Virus record (IMG/VR): IMGVR_UViG_3300044557_000292
Coordinates: 128,001 to 192,000 of that record
DNA length: 64,000 nt
Reading direction: 5' to 3' (one strand)
Source of the DNA: a virus
Taxonomy: Duplodnaviria > Heunggongvirae > Uroviricota > Caudoviricetes
In this document: positions 19,406 to 29,260 of the stretch, in pieces
How the letters are laid out: every line of letters starts with the position of its first letter
Position numbering within the stretch: position 1 is the first letter of the stretch
The notes under the pieces: model-generated
The model's database searches: none
What the model was told of the DNA's origin: nothing
Seen by the model: the letters and a program-made list of their open reading frames with translations, nothing else
Position numbers and translations under genes: made by a program

Positions 19406-19413
19406 GGTACTAT
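19406..19413 (+). promoter_or_regulatory. GGTACTAT extended -10 for leaderless rarA (representative of the GGTACHAT class)
   Basis: 7 nt before ATG 19421; minus-strand copies at 1038, 9036, 11249, 12689, 27198, 28667, 29247, 31578, 44647, 54566, 62740. Confidence 0.8.
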
Positions 19414-19420
19414 TGTTCTT

Positions 19421-20818
19421 ATGGGCGATGATACGATGAGAGGCGGATTCACATCAATCCTCACCGGTGGTGAAACTGATGAGAGACTTGAGGACAAGCC
19501 TCTTGCCATCAGAATGAGACCGAGAACGTTAGATGAGGTAGTCGGTCAAGACCGGGCCCTGTCACCCGGTTCTCCCTTGAGGAGGCTATCAGTTCCCGCG
19601 AGTGAGTCGATGACCGTAGCTCCAAGCTCGGTCATTCTATATGGACCCCCTGGAGTGGGGAAGACCACGCTTGCTAAGATCATGGCCAGCCAGTCAAAGC
19701 GAATCCTCGTTGAACTGTCAGCAACTGATTCCAGTGTGAAGGACGTGAAGACAGCCATTGACAGGGCGAGGAAAACATGGTCAATGTTCCATAGGGAGAC
19801 CATTCTGTTCATTGATGAGATTCACAGATTCTCAAAGAGCCAGCAGGACGCGCTGTTACCCGGTGTTGAGAACAGGGATGTGACATTCATAGCTGCAACG
19901 ACAGAAAACCCTAGTTATTCCGTGATTCACCCACTCCTATCAAGAAGCGTTGTGGTCAAGCTTGATGAGCTTACTGATCATGATATTGGGCTCATCATTG
20001 ACAAGAGTATTCAGTCTAGCCGCGGTTTGAATAAGTCTATGACGATCACCGATCAGGCTAAGAACACGTTGATAGAATTCAGCGGTGGGGATGCTAGAAA
20101 AGCTCTTGGTATCCTCGAGGCCTCGGTGAGCGCTCATGACCTCAAGCATGAGGATGATACGATTATCAGTGAAGACGACGTGAAGACGGTCATGGACTCA
20201 GCTGACGTTTCGTATGATAGGAGCGGCGACGATCATTACGATCTTGCTAGCGCGTTCATTAAGTCTATGCGCGGATCTAATCCGGATGCCGCTCTTCTCT
20301 ACGCGGCTAGAATGCTGAACTCTGGAGAGGACCCAAGGTTCATAGCGAGAAGGGTCATGATAGCCGCATCAGAGGAGGTCGGGCTTGCTGCACCCAGCGT
20401 GCTTACGCTATGCGTGTCGGCCGCACAGGCTGTGGACATGATTGGCATGCCGGAGGCTAGGATTCCACTTGCCGAAGCCATAATTGCGGTGGCCACTGCT
20501 CCCAAGTCAAACGCCTCGTACCTTGCCATCAACCAAGCGTTTGAAGACGCCAGGAATCATAGGGGTGGATCTGTCCCCAAGTACCTTTGTAACGCTACTA
20601 ATCATGAGAAGCGGGAGAAGGGCTATGGTAACGGGTACGAATATGCTCATGATTGGCCACACGCCGTGAGCCCATTAGAGTACATGCCTGAGGGCATGAC
20701 TGATAAAAGATATTACCATCCCAATAATCGCGGTCATGAGTCAGACATCATGAAGAGGATGATCAGGGTTGATGAGATACTGGGTAGACCACGGATTGAA
20801 GACGATCAGGAGAGATGA
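19421..20818 (+). CDS. rarA: Replication-associated recombination protein A (RarA/MgsA)
   Basis: PLAIRMRPRTLDEVVGQ, GPPGVGKTT, LFIDEIHRF, AATTENP, HYDLASAFIKSMRGS, ASEEVGLA, GMPE. Confidence 0.95.
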   Translation: MGDDTMRGGFTSILTGGETDERLEDKPLAIRMRPRTLDEVVGQDRALSPGSPLRRLSVPASESMTVAPSSVILYGPPGVGKTTLAKIMASQSKRILVELSATDSSVKDVKTAIDRARKTWSMFHRETILFIDEIHRFSKSQQDALLPGVENRDVTFIAATTENPSYSVIHPLLSRSVVVKLDELTDHDIGLIIDKSIQSSRGLNKSMTITDQAKNTLIEFSGGDARKALGILEASVSAHDLKHEDDTIISEDDVKTVMDSADVSYDRSGDDHYDLASAFIKSMRGSNPDAALLYAARMLNSGEDPRFIARRVMIAASEEVGLAAPSVLTLCVSAAQAVDMIGMPEARIPLAEAIIAVATAPKSNASYLAINQAFEDARNHRGGSVPKYLCNATNHEKREKGYGNGYEYAHDWPHAVSPLEYMPEGMTDKRYYHPNNRGHESDIMKRMIRVDEILGRPRIEDDQER

Positions 20819-21675
20819 CGCTTGAAGTCACTGAACCACTTGATGACGCTATCAACCTTACTCTTGGTTGATTCAAGATCACCACTGAAATTCTTGGCAA
20901 CTACAGACGGATCAGAAAGCGTGTCAAAATAGCTGAACAGGTAGCTCAGCGTCTGCTCATCCTCATTCATCGCGTCCGAATCATAATCATCTAACTGTGA
21001 GACTGGATCTTCCCCTGGAATGTCATCATCGAGATCAATATCATCTGCGGTTGACCCAGAATCAGATGCGCTCAGCCTGTCTGCCCTTGGAGCATTGCCC
21101 TTAGGATCAAGATCTTGGAAGGAGTCATTCTTCACGTCATTGTCATTAGGATCTGAAGATGCATCATTCTTGATGGACGCCCGCTCGTCCTGAACGATCT
21201 TATTGATCTTATCCGCTGCTACGATTGGATCATCATTAGAGGTCTCGGCCTTAACCCTCTCGGTTATCTTTGGAAGCGTGTCCTTAATGTCCCTGGTCTG
21301 TGCTTCTGTAAGCATGAGGCGCGTGCCGTCAGGAGCGGCGGACTCTAGTTCTGATATGACGGACGCCTGATTGATGAGCTGGTAACTCCTACTGGTCGAC
21401 ATGTCGAATTCAGTGCTCACATACTCAGACCATGTTGAGTAGCCTAGTGACTTCCACGCCTTCCCATCATGAGCCCTCTTAATAAGAATCCATGTAGCCG
21501 TCGCCGCCGCCTTGATGGAGTCAGTCACCCTCCTGGCAGCCTCTTCCGTCATAGCACCCTCGGCTAACAACTCCCTGCTACGATCATCTTTCTTCTTCTC
21601 AGCGCGGCGCCTCTCGGCATCTTCGAGGTCCATCTGGGTCTGCGCGTCAACAAGCTGGTCCATATAGTCAGTCAT
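20806..21675 (-). CDS. Putative HTH DNA-binding protein (plasmid/phage ParB-HTH-like)
   Basis: AWKSLGYSTWSEYVSTEFDMSTSRSYQLI pattern typical of mobile-element HTH proteins. Confidence 0.55.
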   Translation of the reverse strand: MTDYMDQLVDAQTQMDLEDAERRRAEKKKDDRSRELLAEGAMTEEAARRVTDSIKAAATATWILIKRAHDGKAWKSLGYSTWSEYVSTEFDMSTSRSYQLINQASVISELESAAPDGTRLMLTEAQTRDIKDTLPKITERVKAETSNDDPIVAADKINKIVQDERASIKNDASSDPNDNDVKNDSFQDLDPKGNAPRADRLSASDSGSTADDIDLDDDIPGEDPVSQLDDYDSDAMNEDEQTLSYLFSYFDTLSDPSVVAKNFSGDLESTKSKVDSVIKWFSDFKRHLS

Positions 21676-21682
21676 GAATTCC

Positions 21683-22804
21683 TTACTTTCCTTTACGTGT
21701 TCTTTCAGAGAGCTTTCGATTCCAGTTCTTCAATAATGAAAAGATATCATGATGATGAAGTTTCCGATCAATCTTCCTCACGTCCTTATCGGTTAGCCTG
21801 GGGACTCCATTGAACCTTGACACGCAGTCAGCAATCTGGATCTTAACATCTTGATCACGTCCAATCGACACGACGCCCACATAAGACTGCCCGGCGCCAT
21901 TCACAGAGGGGTAAGATATGATGCCGGAGTGAACAGATGTGTCGTCATTCACAGAGTTCACGTCTAGTAGAATGACAATTGGATACAGCCCGGGGATCTT
22001 TTGATCTACACGATTCTGCATCCATTGTAGGAATCGTATGACTGGCCTTCCATGATACGTGAAACCCTTCTTATCAGGATTCAGACCCTCATCCATCACC
22101 GCGGGGATGATGACCAGGATAAGACCTCCAGTGCTATACCATACCCATAGGGATTTCCCCCTCAGCGCTTTAATGCTACCGCTCTTTACGGAAGGCCATA
22201 ATGATCTCATGATCTTATCAATTCTATGATGAACTTGATCATGATCGTCATCATCGCCTAGGATATGAATCTTATTCTTACCATAGTGAATGAAAATGTC
22301 AGACTTGAGGACGATGAGTCCAAAAACGATTCCAATTCCAACTCCAATTGATAGTATGATCCTTAAATCACCCGTCGTGAGGAGTCCATACTCTATTCCG
22401 AACGTTACGGCAGCAGAGGTGATTGTGGTCATCCATCTTGATCTCGTCGAGGTCATGAAGTACGATGCGGTTAGAATGAACAGCCATGTGAAGATAACCG
22501 ACATGCCGAGTATAGATCCACCTAAAGAACTTCCGCTATATGATGCTCCAGTGAGGACTGCCAATGCTGACAATATGATTAAACCGATTATGGACAGTCC
22601 AGCGCGGATCATAACCCGCGCGTTCATCCATATGATGACGATGACGAGCACTCCGAATAGCCCAAGGAGAGGCTTCCACCATTGCTGTGGATAGAACCAG
22701 AGAACAGAGCCTTCTATGATGATGATCAGTGAGGTCATGACGGTCAATGGGACTGAGTTCTTCATGAGGAAGGATCGTATTGCTCTTCCCACACCGTTCT
22801 TCAT
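21683..22804 (-). CDS. Polytopic membrane protein with a soluble C-terminal domain
   Basis: About six TM segments followed by an alpha/beta domain. Confidence 0.75.
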   Translation of the reverse strand: MKNGVGRAIRSFLMKNSVPLTVMTSLIIIIEGSVLWFYPQQWWKPLLGLFGVLVIVIIWMNARVMIRAGLSIIGLIILSALAVLTGASYSGSSLGGSILGMSVIFTWLFILTASYFMTSTRSRWMTTITSAAVTFGIEYGLLTTGDLRIILSIGVGIGIVFGLIVLKSDIFIHYGKNKIHILGDDDDHDQVHHRIDKIMRSLWPSVKSGSIKALRGKSLWVWYSTGGLILVIIPAVMDEGLNPDKKGFTYHGRPVIRFLQWMQNRVDQKIPGLYPIVILLDVNSVNDDTSVHSGIISYPSVNGAGQSYVGVVSIGRDQDVKIQIADCVSRFNGVPRLTDKDVRKIDRKLHHHDIFSLLKNWNRKLSERTRKGK

Positions 22805-22874
22805 CTCAACACTCCGTTGCTTGTTCTAAATAATTGCCCTATGATTCTTAGTCGATATGGAATCAAACTCATGA

Positions 22875-23603
22875 TTAATTGCCAGATGAACTGCTGGACG
22901 AGTCTGAAGATCCTTCTATGCTCTGAAGCTGGGCCGATCTTACCTTGGTCGTCACCTGGGTTGCTGATGAAGCGCCATCAATCTTCCATTCCTTACCAGT
23001 CCAGTCAACCTGAATGATCAGCTCGGCTGGAAGACCACACCATGCTTCTGATGGAATCAGAACGGTACCGTGATCCCTATCAACATAGGCCAATTTAGAA
23101 TTGTACGTGAGGTCAGAGTTCTCTTTGAGAGCGCTTGTCCTCAACTGCCATGCAGACATGATCGCCGTGTACCCTGCCGCCTTCAGGGTTTTCTCGTCAA
23201 CGGTCTTACCGCTGGTCTTCGTGTCATCGCTCCAATAGAAAGCGTTCTTGATAGATGACGGGACCTTCGAGTAGTCACCATTAGCCATGTTAGCCAGCTC
23301 ATTAGCAGCGTCATTAGTGGTCAGATAACCATCTTTAATTGACCCGTTATAACTCTTGAGGATGCTAACGAACCATTTCGTTGCGCTCGTGGCGGCGTCT
23401 TTAGGCATGGTCGAATCGTAGCTCGTTGATGTTGAAGATCCTGTTTTGGCAGATCCTCCAGAACCGGGCTTTGGACCATTACTCCTAGGAATCAAGATGA
23501 ATGCCATGAGAAGAGCGATCACTATGATGATAGATAATGCAGCAGTAATGGAAAGAGCTGTCTTCTTGTTCTTTGCGAACCATTTAGTATGATTATTCCT
23601 CAT
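22875..23603 (-). CDS. Membrane-anchored protein, hypothetical
   Basis: N-terminal TM, Gly/Ser linker, NTF2-like ending WKIDG. Confidence 0.7.
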   Translation of the reverse strand: MRNNHTKWFAKNKKTALSITAALSIIIVIALLMAFILIPRSNGPKPGSGGSAKTGSSTSTSYDSTMPKDAATSATKWFVSILKSYNGSIKDGYLTTNDAANELANMANGDYSKVPSSIKNAFYWSDDTKTSGKTVDEKTLKAAGYTAIMSAWQLRTSALKENSDLTYNSKLAYVDRDHGTVLIPSEAWCGLPAELIIQVDWTGKEWKIDGASSATQVTTKVRSAQLQSIEGSSDSSSSSSGN

Positions 23604-24021
23604 GATTGTTCTCCCATCTCCTCAGCCTGAACCACCACTGCCCTATAAGAACGCCCTCTACGATTACACCAACTGAGACTAGAGAGCTGATAATGATTCC
23701 ACGCGCCCCGTACACGTTAGATGCGGCCAACGCTTTGCTGGCCATATCTGCACCACTGTTGGTTGACCCTGATCCTCCCGTCATGCTAAGATACGACATG
23801 AGACTCTTATTCTCAGCCAGACTAGCATACGGTTGAATGCTTTGCACTGACGATACGAATGCTATGGTAAGCAAGATGAACACGATGGCGATTGCGATCA
23901 TGGTCTTCCTCGGAATTTCTGGACGCTTTTTACCATTATGCTGCGTCTCGTTACTGGTTGCCCCTTCCATCTTGTCAAGAGCGCCGGCCCTCCTCAGGAA
24001 GTCGATCTCATCGGGTGTCAA
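23593..24021 (-). CDS. Two-TM membrane protein
   Basis: Two hydrophobic helices; overlaps both neighbours (coupled). Confidence 0.7.
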   Translation of the reverse strand: MTPDEIDFLRRAGALDKMEGATSNETQHNGKKRPEIPRKTMIAIAIVFILLTIAFVSSVQSIQPYASLAENKSLMSYLSMTGGSGSTNSGADMASKALAASNVYGARGIIISSLVSVGVIVEGVLIGQWWFRLRRWENNHEE

Positions 24022-25142
24022 GACTTCATCACCTTCTCTGTTGATTGCAGAATGTCATCAAGCTTCTTGATGTACACGACCTGAGTCTCATTGAGCTTGT
24101 CGAGTAGACCGTTTAATACCTCAGCAGCCCTCTTGATCGAAGACAGCGATTCGTCTTCCACTACGAGCTCATCCTTGGTGGTACCAGTGAGCCTCAGGAA
24201 CAGGTCGATATTCTTAAGACTGGATGAATCAAGACCCATAAGGAAGAATGCTCGATCAGCGCCATCCCGTTCCTTAGCGTCTAGGAGATTATGAACCCCA
24301 GCCCTGATATCAGGATCCGTCTCAATGACCTCCTTGACAATGCTGCTCTCATCAAGATTTTCAATCCTTCTACCCTTAACATACGATATGGCTCTAATGA
24401 ACTGGACTACTGTTTTCTGTGAGCCCTTATCGAGATGTCTGTAATTATCAATAACGAATATGATCTTCCTCACGAGATCTACATCAATGGTAGACTCACG
24501 GCCGTCATCAACAATGACGTTAGGTATTGCTGGAACGATATGCGTCGTTTGATTGGAATCACGATCATTCCGTGTTGTGCTTTCAACCTGTCCATAACTC
24601 ACGGTATCATTAGGATCGTTCAATGGTACCGTATCGTATTGATTGACTGGAACTCTCTCATCAGATGAATCATTATTGGGGGCAATAACCGGCTTCTTGT
24701 TAAGATTCCCCTGATCTTCCCTCGGTGCAGGTTTTGGCTCAGGAATCTTCACAGCATTGAGGTCAGGGACTTTCATCTCTTTCTGTTGGGGAGCCGTGTA
24801 ATCGTCATCAAGATCATCTAAAGACGAATAATCATCCTGTCCCTGAATGGTCAGCTTGGGGATCATTGACGACTGTTCGTCATCTCCTTGATTTGAATCC
24901 TCAGTATCATCAATCGTATACGATTCTTGATCGTTATCGCTGGGCTGTTTAGTATCCCTAACATTCTTATCCGGCTGAAGATCTATTGATGGATCCTCAT
25001 CATCAAATGAGAATACGTCATCCCCATCGCTCTTACCAAGAATGGCGTCAGTTTCTGGGTCACCGCCCAGTAACGACTCGTCATCATCACCATCATCAAG
25101 AAAGTCTGATGAATCGAACGTCTTATCGTCTGCTGCCATCAC
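24018..25142 (-). CDS. Hypothetical protein, acidic disordered N-terminus and helical C-terminal domain
   Basis: 374-aa ORF with RBS AAGGAG; TGATATCTT at 25197. Confidence 0.75.
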   Translation of the reverse strand: MMAADDKTFDSSDFLDDGDDDESLLGGDPETDAILGKSDGDDVFSFDDEDPSIDLQPDKNVRDTKQPSDNDQESYTIDDTEDSNQGDDEQSSMIPKLTIQGQDDYSSLDDLDDDYTAPQQKEMKVPDLNAVKIPEPKPAPREDQGNLNKKPVIAPNNDSSDERVPVNQYDTVPLNDPNDTVSYGQVESTTRNDRDSNQTTHIVPAIPNVIVDDGRESTIDVDLVRKIIFVIDNYRHLDKGSQKTVVQFIRAISYVKGRRIENLDESSIVKEVIETDPDIRAGVHNLLDAKERDGADRAFFLMGLDSSSLKNIDLFLRLTGTTKDELVVEDESLSSIKRAAEVLNGLLDKLNETQVVYIKKLDDILQSTEKVMKS

Positions 25143-27190
25143 TTCTCCTTCGTGGATACCGCGAATCGTACCGCGTCACCATCTCTACTCATGTGTAAGA
25201 TATCACCATTTGCATGTTGCTTCTGATAGCTGATGACCCAATTAGCCATTGGAAGAACTATTCTACTTCGGATAACCCTCTGCAATTCCCTAGCGCCATA
25301 ACGGGTCGAATCCGTGTCATTGAGAATGAGGTCAACGAGATCATTGCTGACATGATCATCAATGCTAAGCCCGTCATGATGTTCTGATAAGATATCAGAC
25401 AGTGATCTGATCTGCATGGTTATGATCTTACTCAAATCAACCCTCCTCAACCTGTTGAATGTTACGATCACGTCAATCCTCGCGAGCAGCTCGGGCGAGA
25501 AGTACCTGTTCATGGCCTTCCTCATGATGGAGTCAATGTCAGATCTGTCCCTGGATCCATTAGATCCCATCGATCCGTGTCCGAACCCCGCCTTTGATGT
25601 CAGGGAATCCCTATTCCCAAGGTTAGACGTGAGTATGATGATCGTGTTCGTGAAGTCAGCCGGCACGCCCCGCCCATCTGTCATTCTGCCCTCATCAAGA
25701 ACCTGCAGGAAGCTGTTCCACACCTGCGGGTGGGCCTTCTCGGCCTCATCAAGAAGAATCACTGATTGCGGATGAGCGTTCACTTTATTCGTGAGTTGTC
25801 CGCCAAGATCGTTATCCTGGTATCCAGGTGCTGATCCGAACAGTTTGGTCACATCTTCCTTCACTGAGTATTCTGACATGTCGAGACGGATCATATTCAC
25901 GGGCTTCTCGAAGAGCTCCTCGGCTAGCTGCTTAGCCAGTTCAGTCTTGCCAACACCAGATGGACCGTCGAAGAGGAATGATGCTATTGGACGATCACCA
26001 CGTCGCAGACCGGCGGCATCTATCTTAATGCAGTCAACCATCTTATCAATGGCCTCATCTTGGTTAACGACCTTCTTCTTCAACCTGTCGGCTAGTGTCG
26101 TAATGTCAGAATACGCTAACTTCTTCTCCTTTCTAGCAGTCTTACCGGCGGGCGACATGGTAGAAGCATGTGATGAAGAAGTATCAACGAGCTCGTCCTG
26201 ATCCTCAGCAGACATGATCTTCTGTTTATCCTGCTGATCATAGTCCTCGGTCATCTTCTCGGCCGTATCATAGTCAACGCGACTAGGAAGATCATTGTAG
26301 AATTGCAGTAAAGACTTCCTGAATGCTGATCTGCTGACGTGACTAATGTCTATATGATTCTGTTCTATGAAAATGTGAAGATGCTCAAGGGCTATCAGCA
26401 TGAAGTCTATTGGAAGGATGGCGTCAGAATTCTTCGTGACCCGTAAAGACTCTCCAGTCTCCGCTATCGCCATTGACGCAATATTCTTCATAGCATAACT
26501 CATCTGCCCACGATCAAGTCTTGATGAGTAGACCTTCTCCATAACATTCTTCTCATTGAACCACAGCTCGTCCTCCACGTCTCCCCAGGTGGGTATCTCC
26601 TGATTGATGTAGATGAACTCAAATCTATCAATGATGTCATACTGCTTACGGATGAACCTATCAGCATCACTGCTCGGCATCTCTAGAATGGTCATCACGT
26701 TCGGTGCAATCCTGGCCATGAGCGCCGCTACATCTTGATTCGATAAGACGACAATCAGCCTTTCATCATGTAGTCCAGACACCATCCTCTGAATGACATC
26801 ACTGAGAATGGTCGCGTCGGACAGCTTAAGTTCCTCAATGCTCGGAGTGTTCAGGAAATTATAGAAGAGGGTCTCGTCGAATCTTCGATACTTAACAAGC
26901 AGTGAGTTCAATCGTCCACCCATGTCATCATGGGCGATCATCTGACGTATGGCAAAGGTCTTCCCCGTTCCAGATTCACCGGTAACCACGATGTTCTTGT
27001 AATGTTTGACCACTGATGCGGATCTTCTTATCCTGTCCATTGCCGTCTTGATGTTCGGCATGATATGGTCTATTGGTCTTGCGTCTGTTATAGATTTAGA
27101 ATCGATCTCCGGGAAGAGCTGATCGGCAATAAGATTATCATCGCCGTCTATCAGACTGTTAACAAGATCATCACTCACGTATTCCATCAT
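25139..27190 (-). CDS. ClpA/ClpB-family AAA+ ATPase (intact D2, degenerate D1)
   Basis: D2: VVNQDEA, GPSGVGKTELAK, RLDMSEY, GSAPGY, LLDEAEKAH, LDEGRMTD, FSPELLARID, YGAREL. Start reassigned to ATG 27190, 7 nt after GGTACCAT. Confidence 0.85.
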   Translation of the reverse strand: MMEYVSDDLVNSLIDGDDNLIADQLFPEIDSKSITDARPIDHIMPNIKTAMDRIRRSASVVKHYKNIVVTGESGTGKTFAIRQMIAHDDMGGRLNSLLVKYRRFDETLFYNFLNTPSIEELKLSDATILSDVIQRMVSGLHDERLIVVLSNQDVAALMARIAPNVMTILEMPSSDADRFIRKQYDIIDRFEFIYINQEIPTWGDVEDELWFNEKNVMEKVYSSRLDRGQMSYAMKNIASMAIAETGESLRVTKNSDAILPIDFMLIALEHLHIFIEQNHIDISHVSRSAFRKSLLQFYNDLPSRVDYDTAEKMTEDYDQQDKQKIMSAEDQDELVDTSSSHASTMSPAGKTARKEKKLAYSDITTLADRLKKKVVNQDEAIDKMVDCIKIDAAGLRRGDRPIASFLFDGPSGVGKTELAKQLAEELFEKPVNMIRLDMSEYSVKEDVTKLFGSAPGYQDNDLGGQLTNKVNAHPQSVILLDEAEKAHPQVWNSFLQVLDEGRMTDGRGVPADFTNTIIILTSNLGNRDSLTSKAGFGHGSMGSNGSRDRSDIDSIMRKAMNRYFSPELLARIDVIVTFNRLRRVDLSKIITMQIRSLSDILSEHHDGLSIDDHVSNDLVDLILNDTDSTRYGARELQRVIRSRIVLPMANWVISYQKQHANGDILHMSRDGDAVRFAVSTKEK

Positions 27191-27241
27191 GAGGGACATG
27201 GTACCGCGTCTATTCCCATGCCATCTGTCGAACATGGGATG

Positions 27242-27374
27242 GCTTAGATTCAACTATTGTCAGAACGTAACGGTCTACTGTGCTTCTGGTGATAGTCTGA
27301 ACGGACATGTGCAGAAAGGCTTCCTTGTGTATAACGTAACTTCCCGAGCGCTAAAACGATGTAGAATTGCAAAA
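27242..27374. repeat. 133-bp dispersed intergenic repeat, copy 2
   Basis: Gap-free alignment to copies 1 and 3; lies between the dnaN terminator and the clp promoter. Confidence 0.95.
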
Positions 27375-27399
27375 AGACCATCTATAATAGATGGTCTTT
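27371..27399 (-). terminator. Intrinsic terminator of dnaN
   Basis: AAAGACCATCTA-TAA-TAGATGGTCTTT hairpin ending in a T-run on the minus strand. Confidence 0.75.
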
Positions 27400-27432
27400 C
27401 CACTGAAATCTTTAATAGGTGGTATGGATGAA

Positions 27433-28587
27433 TCACAGATGATTAGGAGTGATTGGCATGCTGAACAGGTACGTGTCCTCGTCAACCGATCCATCATTCT
27501 TGATCTGAGTCCAGATCACCCCATAGTCAAACGTGTCATTTGCGGGGTCGGCAATGAACTTCCACCTGATCGTCTCGGCATCAGCCGTGTTCAACGTGCG
27601 TATGATCGTACTGTACTTATAGACAGCGTGGTAATCCTCGTCAAGCTCACCCACGAACTGTATAGTCGTGCCCCACGTGTTCGACGAGTTGTGTATCTTC
27701 ACCTCGTTACCGTCAGCGATGACATCAAAGTACACGTTATTGTCCTCATCGTTTGTAGACCACGCTCCGAGCTTCGTCACGGCGGCCCTCAGATCTTCGA
27801 ACGCAACGTCAAAGTACTTCTCATCATGTCGTTCCCCGAAGACGAGCGCGTGATAATTCACGTACTCCTGATCAATCTTACTCACGCGGGCCGTTCTCCC
27901 ATCATCAAATGAGAATAGAATAGCGTCGTCATTCGAGTAAAGATCAACGGCCGTAGCGTGGACAGCGTCAGACATGGCCTTAATGTCTGATGATGGAAGC
28001 AGGAAGGAGTAATCACCCTCATCTCCCTTATTGTATGATAGGAGACGCGTCGTCAAGACGAAGCCCTCAGTAGCGACCGCCTTGACATGATCATCATCTT
28101 GAGTCTCGAAGAACATGCAGTAGAATCTTGAATCAGTAACGGTCGTATCACTGACACCCGCCATCTTGTTGATCACGTAGAAGAGATCGGCCGGCGAGAG
28201 GGTTCCAATATGACTCATTCCCTTTGAACCGTGGATTGGACGATTCTGACTAGACATGAGTGGGATCTTCAACTTGATTCCAACGTTAGCGAGCACCTGG
28301 GTCTTGTCCTTGTCAGTATACGACAAGACGATCGTATCAGAGGTTATCTGTGCTGGCACCTTCTTGAGGGCGCCGGACACCAGTTCGAATGGCGAGTCAA
28401 CTGGATCTTCAACCGTTACTGGAACCGTTATCGTTCGTTCACCATTGCTTGATACTGATGAGAACACGGCCGTTCCATCATCGTTAACAACAAGCCTTAC
28501 CGTGGCAAGATCGTCCTTCGTGTCAATGACATCAGTAGTCCACTTGATGGCGGCAGTGAAATCATCGCGCGTGAATGAGGCCTTCAT
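27433..28587 (-). CDS. dnaN: DNA polymerase III beta sliding clamp (divergent)
   Basis: 384 aa, acidic and beta-rich, M+..F.RDDF..A start, VATEGFVL (VATDG+RL), EYVNY (FP+Y), terminal YLFSMPI. Confidence 0.75.
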   Translation of the reverse strand: MKASFTRDDFTAAIKWTTDVIDTKDDLATVRLVVNDDGTAVFSSVSSNGERTITVPVTVEDPVDSPFELVSGALKKVPAQITSDTIVLSYTDKDKTQVLANVGIKLKIPLMSSQNRPIHGSKGMSHIGTLSPADLFYVINKMAGVSDTTVTDSRFYCMFFETQDDDHVKAVATEGFVLTTRLLSYNKGDEGDYSFLLPSSDIKAMSDAVHATAVDLYSNDDAILFSFDDGRTARVSKIDQEYVNYHALVFGERHDEKYFDVAFEDLRAAVTKLGAWSTNDEDNNVYFDVIADGNEVKIHNSSNTWGTTIQFVGELDEDYHAVYKYSTIIRTLNTADAETIRWKFIADPANDTFDYGVIWTQIKNDGSVDEDTYLFSMPITPNHL

Positions 28588-28700
28588 ATTCTATTATTCT
28601 CCTTGTAGTCTTATGCTATTCTTGTTTGGGTCGTGTTGAATCAATATTGAAACGACGTTATGAGGTATAGTACCTCGTCTGAAACACCATTGAAGCACCA

Positions 28701-29189
28701 TCAGATGAAGTCGTCATCCTCATCGTCGACAATAGGAGCCGGAGGATCAATCTTATCGAAATCATCAAGATCGTCTGACTCCTCATCAGACGTCTTCTTT
28801 TCATTATGGCGCTTATCGACGCTACTTGTGGTGGAACGTGGTGACTCCTCATTCCTCGGAGATGGATGATTCTTCACTGACTCCACTTCGGATTCATCAT
28901 CTGAATCTTCCGCGTCCTTTGAGTACTTCCCATCTGAACCGGTCTCATTATCAGGCTCATTGGAATCAGACCCACCTAGACCACTGACTAGCTCGGCACG
29001 CTCAGACTTCTTGTCGTCAAGATCTTTCCTCTTCTTAGACAGGGAGTCCTCTAGTCTTGCTATCTCCTCAGTGAGGGACTTGATCTCAGCGTCATCTTCA
29101 CTAATAGCGGCCCTCGCCGCATTCCTTGCCTCATTCAGCTTATCTAGTATCGTTTTAACCTTACTGGCCATTTCTACTTCCTTTCTCAT
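28701..29189 (-). CDS. Coiled-coil protein with acidic tail
   Basis: N-terminal heptads, disordered acidic C-terminus ending DDDFI; real start may be 29171. Confidence 0.7.
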   Translation of the reverse strand: MRKEVEMASKVKTILDKLNEARNAARAAISEDDAEIKSLTEEIARLEDSLSKKRKDLDDKKSERAELVSGLGGSDSNEPDNETGSDGKYSKDAEDSDDESEVESVKNHPSPRNEESPRSTTSSVDKRHNEKKTSDEESDDLDDFDKIDPPAPIVDDEDDDFI

Positions 29190-29260
29190 TGCTTATGTTA
29201 ATGAGTTAGCATTCTGTTTTACAGATTCATAAAAACCATAGGTAGTATGGTACCAAAATT

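Noticed and set aside
25389-25397. Internal AAGATATCA in clp, and internal ATRGTACC near 24623 and 41410
   Set aside because: Deep inside coding regions with no nearby start; probably chance matches
27191-27253. ORF-track N-terminal extension of the Clp ATPase (similar cases at 12690, 44678, 62430, 62749)
   Set aside because: The extensions run through promoter motifs, the repeat or a neighbouring gene; downstream ATGs fit leaderless or RBS geometry better
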